Source of the DNA: Lentisphaeria bacterium
GTDB lineage: Bacteria; Verrucomicrobiota; Lentisphaeria; JABSQK01; JAWLHB01
Direction: 5' to 3'
Length of the DNA stretch: 64,000 nt
Assembly: GCA_041690595.1 (NCBI GenBank)
Contig: JAWLHB010000009.1
Location: 62,001-126,000, forward strand
The notes below the pieces were generated by a model that was not told the origin of the DNA, did not search any database, and was given only the letters and a program-made list of their open reading frames with translations. Below, in pieces: positions 26,727-34,584 of this stretch. The position numbers were made by a program, and so were the translations under genes. Positions within the stretch are counted from its first letter, which is position 1, and the number at the start of each line of letters is the position of its first letter.

Positions 26727-27833
26727 ATGTCACTGAAGCCCGTCAAAATCGGCGTCATCGGCTGCGGCGCCATCAGCAATGCATATTTCTCAGCCAACAA
26801 GATCTTCGAGATCATCGACATCGTCGCCTGCGCGGATCTGATGCAGGAGCGGGCGGCAGAGAAGGCCCGTGAGAACGATATCGCGCGGGCATGCTCGGTA
26901 GAAGAGCTGCTGGCAGATCCCGAGATCGAGATCGTGCTCAACCTGACGGTGCCGAAAGCGCACGCTCCCGTGAATCAGGCGGCACTTCTGGCAGGCAAGC
27001 ACGTCTACGTCGAGAAGCCCCTGGGGATCAGCCGCGAAGAAGGCCGAGAGGTCATGGAACTGGCTGCCGACAAGGGACTGCGGGTCGGCTGCGCCCCGGA
27101 TACCTTCCTGGGCGACGGTATCCAGACCTGCCGCCGCCTGATCGATGAGGGAGCTATCGGCGAGCCGGTCGGCGCCACCGCCTTCATGATGTGCCGCGGT
27201 CACGAGAGCTGGCACCCCAGTCCTGAGTTCTACTACGAGATCGGCGGTGGACCACTCTTCGACATGGGCCCCTATTACCTGACCGCACTGGTCAACCTGA
27301 TCGGCCCGGTGCGTACGGTCGCGGGCATGAGCCGCATCAGCTTCCCGACCCGCGAGATCACCAGCCAGCCAAAGTTCGGCACCATCGTCCAGGTCGAAAC
27401 ACCGACCCACATCAGCAGCGTGCTGGAGTTTGCCAACGGGGCGATTGGCACGGTGAACATGAGCTTCGACGTGCAGACGCACAGCCATTCCTGCATCGAG
27501 ATCTATGGGACGGAAGCCACGCTGTACGTGCCCGATCCCAACGGCTTCCAGGGAGTCGTCAAGCTGGGCTCGCGCCAACAGGAGACACGCGACATGCCGC
27601 TGACGACGGGGCACCCCGAGTACCAGCGCGGCGCCGGCTTGGCCGACATGGCTTACGGCCTCCGCACCGGCCGCCCCCATCGCGCCAGCGGGCAGCTCGC
27701 CTATCACGTGCTGGACATCATGAGCGCCACCCTCGAAGCAAGCACCGATCGCCGTTACATCGAACTGAGCACCACGACGGAACGGCCCGCCGCTATACCT
27801 GACGGGCTCGCCTACGGCACGTTGGACCACTAG
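26727..27833 (+). CDS. Gfo/Idh/MocA family oxidoreductase
   Basis: [31 protein letters not shown]. Confidence 0.93.
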   Translation: MSLKPVKIGVIGCGAISNAYFSANKIFEIIDIVACADLMQERAAEKARENDIARACSVEELLADPEIEIVLNLTVPKAHAPVNQAALLAGKHVYVEKPLGISREEGREVMELAADKGLRVGCAPDTFLGDGIQTCRRLIDEGAIGEPVGATAFMMCRGHESWHPSPEFYYEIGGGPLFDMGPYYLTALVNLIGPVRTVAGMSRISFPTREITSQPKFGTIVQVETPTHISSVLEFANGAIGTVNMSFDVQTHSHSCIEIYGTEATLYVPDPNGFQGVVKLGSRQQETRDMPLTTGHPEYQRGAGLADMAYGLRTGRPHRASGQLAYHVLDIMSATLEASTDRRYIELSTTTERPAAIPDGLAYGTLDH

Positions 27834-27837
27834 CCGC

Positions 27838-28494
27838 ATGAAGCTTCGGCTCGACAAGGTGACCCTCCGCCACGGAGACGCAGCGCCACTGCTGGCGGAG
27901 GTGAACCTGAGTTTGGACCCTGGCGATTTCGTCCTCATCGAGGGGCCGTCGGGCTGTGGCAAATCATCGCTCCTGCGTCTGCTCAACCGCCTGCAGGAGC
28001 CAGCCAGCGGCCAGCTCCTGGTGGATGGTGAGGCCGTTATCGAATCGGCAACGCCCGCCTTCCGCCGCCGTAGCGCCTATCTGCAGCAGACGCCGGTCAT
28101 GCTCGATGGGAGCGTGCGAGACAACCTCCTCCTCCCTTTCCGCATTGCCAGCACCAGGCGAAGCCTCCCCAGCGACCAGACCCTGCGTCAGTGGCTCGAC
28201 CGCTTCCTCCTGCAAGCCGTGAAGCTGGAAGATGTCGCGCCGCACCTGTCTGTCGGCCAGCAGCAACGGCTGGCGTTGATCCGGCTCCTGCTCACCGAGC
28301 CGGAGCTGCTGCTCTGCGACGAACCCACCTCCGCCCTGGATGACGACTCGCGACGGATCGTGCTGGAAGCGCTGCAGCAGGCCAATCTGGAGACGGGGAT
28401 GGCGATAGTGCTGGTCTCCCACGATGGTCTGGTACTGGACAAGGTACAGCCACGCCGCCTGCGTATTGTCGATGGGCACTTGGAGGAAGCATGA
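27838..28494 (+). CDS. ABC transporter ATP-binding protein (FetA/YbbL-like)
   Basis: GPSGCGKS, LSVGQQQR, LCDEPTSALD, VSH. Confidence 0.88.
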   Translation: MKLRLDKVTLRHGDAAPLLAEVNLSLDPGDFVLIEGPSGCGKSSLLRLLNRLQEPASGQLLVDGEAVIESATPAFRRRSAYLQQTPVMLDGSVRDNLLLPFRIASTRRSLPSDQTLRQWLDRFLLQAVKLEDVAPHLSVGQQQRLALIRLLLTEPELLLCDEPTSALDDDSRRIVLEALQQANLETGMAIVLVSHDGLVLDKVQPRRLRIVDGHLEEA

Positions 28495-29264
28495 ATGTGG
28501 AACCGATAAGCTGGTGGCAGCTTGGCCTGTGCATGATCTTTGTGATCATCGCGGGTACGGGCTCCATCATGCTCAAACTGCGGTTGGAAAAGGATCTGGC
28601 CTGGGGTACCGTGCGAACCTTTGCCCAGCTCTTCCTGGTGGGGTACGTGCTCAAGTGGGTCTTCGCGATCGACCATCCCGTGCCGGTTCTCCTGCTCTAC
28701 GTCGGCATGATCCTCGCAGCCGCACTGAACATACGCGGCCGGATCAAGCAGCGCCAGATCCCTTTCTTTCTACCCACCTTTGCCTCGATGGTAGTCAGTT
28801 ATCTGCTGGTGACAACGCTGGTGACGGCGGTGATCATCCAGGTAGAGCCGTGGTACAAGCCCCAATACTTCATCCCGTTGGGGGGCATGATCATCGGCAA
28901 TGCGATGAATGCCATCACCATCGGGCTGGAGCGCCTCTTCACCGACCTGCGCAAGCGACGCGCGGAGATCGAACTGATGCTCTCGCTGGGCGCGACCTAC
29001 CCCGAAGCCACCGAAGCCATCCTGCGCGATGCGGTGCGCGCCGGCATGCTGCCCTCCATCAATGCCCTGATGACGGTCGGCCTGGTTTCCCTGCCTGGAA
29101 TGATGACGGGCCAGATCCTGGCCGGGAGCCCACCGATGACGGCGGTCAAGTATCAGATCGTGGTGATGCTGATGATCGCCGCGGCGACCGCCATCGGCAG
29201 CATCATTGTCGTGCACCTGGTGCGCCGCCGCTGCTTCACCCGCGCCCATCAACTCCGCGTCTGA
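28491..29264 (+). CDS. UPF0014 ABC permease (FetB/YbbM-like)
   Basis: RTFAQLFLVGYVL, IPLGGMIIGNAMN, GLVSLPGMMTGQILAG, AVKYQI. Confidence 0.9.
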   Translation: MNVEPISWWQLGLCMIFVIIAGTGSIMLKLRLEKDLAWGTVRTFAQLFLVGYVLKWVFAIDHPVPVLLLYVGMILAAALNIRGRIKQRQIPFFLPTFASMVVSYLLVTTLVTAVIIQVEPWYKPQYFIPLGGMIIGNAMNAITIGLERLFTDLRKRRAEIELMLSLGATYPEATEAILRDAVRAGMLPSINALMTVGLVSLPGMMTGQILAGSPPMTAVKYQIVVMLMIAAATAIGSIIVVHLVRRRCFTRAHQLRV

Positions 29265-29273
29265 AGTCTGCCC

Positions 29274-30074
29274 TCACTCGACCGCGCGGCAGGCGGATGG
29301 AGTCGTGGCGAAAAGGCGGCGGAAGCGCGTGGCGAAGTAGCGCTGATCGTGATAACCGCAGGCAGATGCGATCAGCTTGATGGGCAACCCCGTAGTCAGC
29401 AGCAGGCTGCGGGCGTGGTTGAGGCGAACGCGCTCGTGCCAGGCAGCCGGCGGGACGCCGGTGTGGGCAAGAAAAAGATCCCGCAGCCGCGAAGGCGAGA
29501 GGCGGCAGGCGGCGGCGACCTCGGGAATGGTGGGCGGGGCGTCGAGGCGACGGGTAAAGATCTCCATGGCCGCGCGGATGCGCGGATCTTCCCCGGTACG
29601 GGTCGCCTGACGGTCCACATGCAGCCAGAGCAGGGCGCGCTCGAGGGCGTTCAACGCCAGCGCTTCGCCGCCATGCCCCATCGCCACCAGGCGACAAGCT
29701 TCGCGCAAGGCACGGCGAACGTGACGCTCCGCGGGCCTCCCCGTCAGCGACAGGTGCGTGAAGCGCGGAAACTCCTCCGGCAGATCGAGCAAGGGCAGCC
29801 AGCTCGGCGGTGGAACGAAGACAAAGTAGATGACCAACCAGGCTTCAGTGGCGGCGACGGGCACCTGCCAGCTATGACTGCCCCCCGGCTTCAGCAGCAT
29901 CAAATCCCCGCGCTGCTGCCGGGTTTCGCCACACGCAAGAATCTCCCGCACGGAGCCCCCGAGGGTATACGAAAGATTCCAGTGATCGGGCGGAGCCGTC
30001 CATGGCTGGCTCTCCTCTCCGGGAGGAAAGGCGACCTGACTGGCAAAAAGCGTGCTGCGATGAACTGGCGGCAT
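29274..30074 (-). CDS. AraC-family transcriptional regulator, divergent from the GRE operon
   Basis: N-terminal cupin; LSPSRLRDLF, IASACGYHDQRYFATRFRR; start uncertain. Confidence 0.88.
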   Translation of the reverse strand: MPPVHRSTLFASQVAFPPGEESQPWTAPPDHWNLSYTLGGSVREILACGETRQQRGDLMLLKPGGSHSWQVPVAATEAWLVIYFVFVPPPSWLPLLDLPEEFPRFTHLSLTGRPAERHVRRALREACRLVAMGHGGEALALNALERALLWLHVDRQATRTGEDPRIRAAMEIFTRRLDAPPTIPEVAAACRLSPSRLRDLFLAHTGVPPAAWHERVRLNHARSLLLTTGLPIKLIASACGYHDQRYFATRFRRLFATTPSACRAVE

Positions 30075-30083
30075 GATTGGTGT

Positions 30084-30152
30084 TTCTCGAACATGATTGA
30101 TTGATTCTTGAACAAAGATGCCGTGGACTTGGGGCTTTGGCAAGGCTAATGT
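30084..30152 (+). promoter_or_regulatory. Candidate AraC-type direct-repeat sites plus promoter of the URO-D/GRE operon
   Basis: ttctcgaaca (30084) and ttcttgaaca (30105) 21 bp apart, directly upstream of TGGACT-N17-TAATGT. Confidence 0.5.
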
Positions 30153-30184
30153 TGAACAAACCGAAACGAAAGAGGAATGCCCCC

Positions 30185-31270
30185 ATGACGCCACGTGACC
30201 GATTTCTCAAGACCCTCGCGTACGAGCCGGTAGATCGTGGCGTTTATGGCATGTGGGTCGGCTGGTGGCCGGAGACGACGGCGCGTTGGCGCGGGGAGGG
30301 CTTCGATCCGGTGCAGGGTCACGGTTTCACGGTGGATCCCTACCAGTGGCAGGGTGGCTGGTTCTTTCCTCGGCCGGCGTTCGAACGCAAGGTGCTGGCG
30401 GAGGACGCGGTGACCATCACCTACGTCAACCATGAAGGGATCGTCATCCGCGAGCGAAAGGACAATCCCCAGTCGTCGATGCCCCAGTTCGTGCGCTTCC
30501 CGGTGGAGACGCGAAAGGATTTCCGATCCTTCTGGAAGGCGCGCATGCAACCGGAGCTGACCCAACGCATCGGCGACGAGTACGCGACTCTCCTCGCGAA
30601 GCTGCGCGAGCGGGAAGAGCCGCTGATCGTCATCGCCGATCGGTGGGGCGGCTTCTTCGGCGGCCTGCGCAACCTGACAGGAGTCGAACGGCTCTGCACC
30701 CTTTTCCACGACGATCCCGCCTTTGTGGAAGAGATGATGGAGGCGACGGCGGACTTCATCATCGCGGTCATGGATCGCATTCTGGAGCATACCGACATCG
30801 ATGTCTTCGGTTTCTGGGAAGACATGGCCTACAAGACCGGGCCGCTGATCGGGCCGGCACACGTTCGCCGCTACATGCTCCCCCGATACCAGCGGGTGAT
30901 CGAGCACCTTCGCAAGCGCGGGGTCCGCTGGTTTGCGCTCGACAGCGACGGCGACATCAGCAGCCTCATCCCAGTCTGGCTGGAGGCTGGCATCAACATC
31001 CTCTATCCGTTCGAATGCCAGTGCGGCATGGACGTCGTGCAGGTGCGGCGCCAGTACGGGCGTGACCTGCGGTTATGGTTCGGGATCGACAAACGGGCGG
31101 TGGCGGCCGGCCCGGCTGCCATCGATGCGGAACTTCGGCGCGTCGCGCCCCTGGTCGCCGAGGGCGGGTACATCGCCGGGCTCGACCACTCGATGCCGCC
31201 GGATGTCTCTTACTCCAACTTCCGTTACTTCATGGAGCGCCAATGGGATCTGGTCACAGGCAACCTCTGA
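30185..31270 (+). CDS. Uroporphyrinogen decarboxylase (URO-D)/MtaA-CmuA superfamily TIM-barrel protein
   Basis: MTPRDRF start, EDMAYKTGPLIGP, DSDGD, GIDK, GGYI..LDHSMPPDV. Confidence 0.82.
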   Translation: MTPRDRFLKTLAYEPVDRGVYGMWVGWWPETTARWRGEGFDPVQGHGFTVDPYQWQGGWFFPRPAFERKVLAEDAVTITYVNHEGIVIRERKDNPQSSMPQFVRFPVETRKDFRSFWKARMQPELTQRIGDEYATLLAKLREREEPLIVIADRWGGFFGGLRNLTGVERLCTLFHDDPAFVEEMMEATADFIIAVMDRILEHTDIDVFGFWEDMAYKTGPLIGPAHVRRYMLPRYQRVIEHLRKRGVRWFALDSDGDISSLIPVWLEAGINILYPFECQCGMDVVQVRRQYGRDLRLWFGIDKRAVAAGPAAIDAELRRVAPLVAEGGYIAGLDHSMPPDVSYSNFRYFMERQWDLVTGNL

Positions 31271-33435
31271 GCGAACGGGTGGAGCGGCTGAGGGCACAAG
31301 CGCTGCGCAGCCACCACATCGTCGACCCACAAGCCGCTGAACTTGAGCGGGAATCCCTCGCCGACACCGTTGGCGAGCCGGAAATCATTCGCCAGGCGAA
31401 GGCGCTTGCCCACGCCTTTCAGCATCAGGCAGTAGTCATTCACGACGACGAGCTGTTGGTCGGCAGCCGCCCCGGTCTCACCTTTCTGGACGGGCCGGAG
31501 ATCACCCAGCGAATTTTCGGCCGCCGCACCTTCGCGCCCTCCTGGCCGGTGCCTGACGATACGGCGCCATACTGGAACGAAGGCATCTTCGGCCCCGCCG
31601 GCAACCACACCACTCTCGACTACGAGAGCATCTTCGCCAGCGGCTTTCGCGGCATTCTCGACCGGCTGGACAAGCGTCTGGCCAGCCTCCCGTCGGCAGA
31701 CAGGCAGAAGCGCGAGTTCCTGACCGCCCTGCGTAGTGTCGGCGAGGGCTACCTGGCCCTGAGCGACCGCTATGCGGAGGCGGCTGAGAAGCTCGCGGAG
31801 AGCGCGGCCCCGGAACGAGCACGCGAATTGCGGACGATCGCGGCCAATTGCCGGCGGGTCCCTGCCGAGGCGCCACGAACCTTCTGGGAAGCCTGCCAGT
31901 GCGCCTGGTTCTCGTTCTTCTTTCTGCCCGACTCACCCGGACGGGTCGACCAGTATCTTTATCCCTGCTACCAGCGCGAGCGGGAAGCGGGCACGATCAG
32001 CGAGGCATTCGCCCGTGAGCTGCTGAGTTGCCTGTGGCTGAAGATCTTCTGCCAGGCCGGAGCAGGCAGCGGGGTCAGCGCCCACAATCACCTCACCCTC
32101 GGCGGCGTGACGGCGGCCGGCGCCGATGCCGCCAATCCGGTGACGGAGCTTTGCCTCGACGTCACCGCGGCCTTGCGACTGCAACGCCCGCAGGTGGGGC
32201 TCCGCGTTCATCCCGGCACCCCGACTCCCCTCCTCGAGCAGGCCGTGCGCGTCCTGCGCAGTGGCACCTCGAATCCGGACTTCTGCAACGACGACCAGAT
32301 CGTTCCCGCGCTCACACGCATCGGCGTCGCCCTTGAAGATGCACGCGACTTCTCCCTTTCGGGCTGTCATGAGGTGATCGTCACGGGCAAGGCGCAGATG
32401 GGATCCGTCGAAGGCTTCATCAACCTGCCCAAGATCCTGCGGATGGTCCTCGGGCTGGAGCCCGCGCTGTTGCCCGATGCTGACCCCGCCGCCCTCACCT
32501 CGCCGACGGCCTTGCGCGAGGCGCTGACCGACGCGATGAAGGTGGTGGCCGCCCAGGCCCATGCGTCGTCGATGGCACGCGATGAAACCGCGGCGAAAGC
32601 GGCGGGCGGCAACCTGGCCGCCTCCCTTGTCGTGCGCGACTGCATCGAGAACTGCCTCGGCTATACCCAGGGCGGAGCGCGCTACAACTTCTGCAACTGG
32701 GACATCATCGGCCTCGCCAACCTGACGGACTCGCTGGTCGCGATCGATACGCTGGTCTTTGCCGAACGGCTGGTGGATCTGCCATCCCTTGCCGCCATTC
32801 TGGCCCGCAACTGGGAAGGCGCCGAGTCACTGCGCCAGCGCATCGCCGGGGCGCTGCCCCACTTCGGCAACGACTGCCCGGAGGTGGATGCCATCGCCCG
32901 CTGGCTTATCGAAAGCCTCGACGACAGCTTCCGGATACACAGGCCGTATCGAGGCGGGAGGTACATCCTCGGCACGCTTGCCGGCGGAGAGAACATGCAC
33001 GTCGAGTTCGGTCGCGTCACCGGCGCCACACCGGATGGTCGCCGGGCGGGCGACTCCTTTGCCGACAGCATCGGCCCCGCGCAAGGCCACGACCGACGCG
33101 GCGTCACGGCGATGCTGAACTCCGTGGCCGGCCTGCCCCATCACCTGCTGCCGACCGCCGTGAGCCTGAACGTCAAGCTGGATCCAAAGTTGCTTGCCAC
33201 GGAGCAGGGGGTGGCGGCGATTGCGGCCCTGATCCGCGGTCATTTTGCCGGTGGAGGGCAGCAGTTCCAGTTCAACCTGGTGGATCGAGAGACGTTGCTG
33301 GCGGCCAGACGCGAGCCGGAGCGCTATCGCCACCTGATGGTGCGCGTGGCGGGCTACTGCGCCCCCTTTACATCGCTGTGGGACGACCTCCAGGACGAGA
33401 TCATCGCGCGAACATCTCACCAGGTGGAATCATGA
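31243..33435 (+). CDS. Glycyl radical enzyme (PFL2/dehydratase-like superfamily), substrate unknown
   Basis: IHDDELLVG, PRTFWEACQ, GRVDQYLYP, Cys loop SGCHEV, HFGND, GATPDGR, QFN, Gly loop LMVRVAGY; GGAG RBS before ATG 31243. Confidence 0.92.
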   Translation: MGSGHRQPLSERVERLRAQALRSHHIVDPQAAELERESLADTVGEPEIIRQAKALAHAFQHQAVVIHDDELLVGSRPGLTFLDGPEITQRIFGRRTFAPSWPVPDDTAPYWNEGIFGPAGNHTTLDYESIFASGFRGILDRLDKRLASLPSADRQKREFLTALRSVGEGYLALSDRYAEAAEKLAESAAPERARELRTIAANCRRVPAEAPRTFWEACQCAWFSFFFLPDSPGRVDQYLYPCYQREREAGTISEAFARELLSCLWLKIFCQAGAGSGVSAHNHLTLGGVTAAGADAANPVTELCLDVTAALRLQRPQVGLRVHPGTPTPLLEQAVRVLRSGTSNPDFCNDDQIVPALTRIGVALEDARDFSLSGCHEVIVTGKAQMGSVEGFINLPKILRMVLGLEPALLPDADPAALTSPTALREALTDAMKVVAAQAHASSMARDETAAKAAGGNLAASLVVRDCIENCLGYTQGGARYNFCNWDIIGLANLTDSLVAIDTLVFAERLVDLPSLAAILARNWEGAESLRQRIAGALPHFGNDCPEVDAIARWLIESLDDSFRIHRPYRGGRYILGTLAGGENMHVEFGRVTGATPDGRRAGDSFADSIGPAQGHDRRGVTAMLNSVAGLPHHLLPTAVSLNVKLDPKLLATEQGVAAIAALIRGHFAGGGQQFQFNLVDRETLLAARREPERYRHLMVRVAGYCAPFTSLWDDLQDEIIARTSHQVES

Positions 33436-34556
33436 CACATCGCCAGAACCTGACCCGGCTGCTGGCCGGCCAACAAACCGACTGGGTGCCGAACTATGAG
33501 CTGGGTGCCTGGGGTCAGACCGTCGAGCGCTGGTGCCAGGAGGGCATGCCGCCGGGCAAATCGCGAGTCGGCACGATGAACATGTTCGAAGGCGAGAACC
33601 TCTTCCAACTCGATCGTCGGGCTTTTGCGGGTCTGGACACGGGCATGCTTCCCGGCTTCACCCCCGAAGTGCTGGCCGAAGACGCCGATACGGTGACCGC
33701 CCGCCACGCCAACGGCGTCGTCACCAGGGCGCTCAAGACGGGTACCGTTCGGGGCACACGCCTCTCGATGGATACGTACCTGGCATTTCCGGTCACCGAT
33801 CGAGAGAGTTTTCGCCGCCTCGCACACCGCTACCGCGCCAGCGACCCGGTGCGTTATCCCTTCTGGTGGGACGAGCAGGTGCGCCTCTGGGAGCAGGCCG
33901 ACTACCCGGTGATCCTGCTGAACAACGGCGCCTTCGGCCTCTATTCGCAGCTGCGAAGCTGGGTAGGCACCGAGCCCCTCTCCTACCTCTTCTATGACGA
34001 TCCCGCCCTGATCGACGAGATGCTCGAGTTCGCCACCGATTTCCTTCTGGCGCTGGTGGAGCCAGCGCTCAGTCAGGTGAGCTTCACCTACTTCAACTTC
34101 TTCGAGGATTGTGCGGGCAAAGGCTCCGCGCTCATCGGCCCGAGCCTCTTCCGGCGCTTCTTCATGCAGCCCTACAAGCGCATCATCACCCGCTTGAACC
34201 AAGCGGGAATCCAGAGCATCTGGGTAGATTCAGACGGGGATTGCGAGGCGCTTCTGCCACTGTGGATGGAGGCGGGAGTCAACTGCTCGTGGCCCTTGGA
34301 GCAGGCATCGGGGATGGATCCGATCCGACTGCGCAAACGCTTCGGCCGCGATCTGATTCTGGCCGGCGGCATCGACAAACGGGAGCTGGCGAAAGGGCCT
34401 GCCGCCATCGACCGCGAACTGGAGAGCAAGCTTCCGGTACTGCTCGCCCAAGGGGGATACATCCCCTTTCTCGACCATACCGCTCCGCCGGAGATCTCCT
34501 ACGCGAACTACATGTACTACATCGAACGCAAACTCGAACTCATGGGGCGTGGATAG
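33432..34556 (+). CDS. Second URO-D/MtaA-CmuA superfamily protein
   Basis: ATGA overlap with GRE stop; FEDCAGK...IGP, DSDGD, GGIDK, GGYIPFLDHTAPPEI. Confidence 0.82.
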   Translation: MTHRQNLTRLLAGQQTDWVPNYELGAWGQTVERWCQEGMPPGKSRVGTMNMFEGENLFQLDRRAFAGLDTGMLPGFTPEVLAEDADTVTARHANGVVTRALKTGTVRGTRLSMDTYLAFPVTDRESFRRLAHRYRASDPVRYPFWWDEQVRLWEQADYPVILLNNGAFGLYSQLRSWVGTEPLSYLFYDDPALIDEMLEFATDFLLALVEPALSQVSFTYFNFFEDCAGKGSALIGPSLFRRFFMQPYKRIITRLNQAGIQSIWVDSDGDCEALLPLWMEAGVNCSWPLEQASGMDPIRLRKRFGRDLILAGGIDKRELAKGPAAIDRELESKLPVLLAQGGYIPFLDHTAPPEISYANYMYYIERKLELMGRG

Positions 34557-34584
34557 ACCGCGTCAGCCTGAGCAGGAGAGAAAG

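Noticed and set aside
30185..31270. Calling the URO-D-like genes hemE
   Set aside because: No RQAGR motif, two paralogues, and no heme biosynthesis context.
31075..33435. Calling the GRE pyruvate formate-lyase (pflB)
   Set aside because: Lacks the adjacent Cys-Cys pair of PFL; has a single Cys in GCHE.
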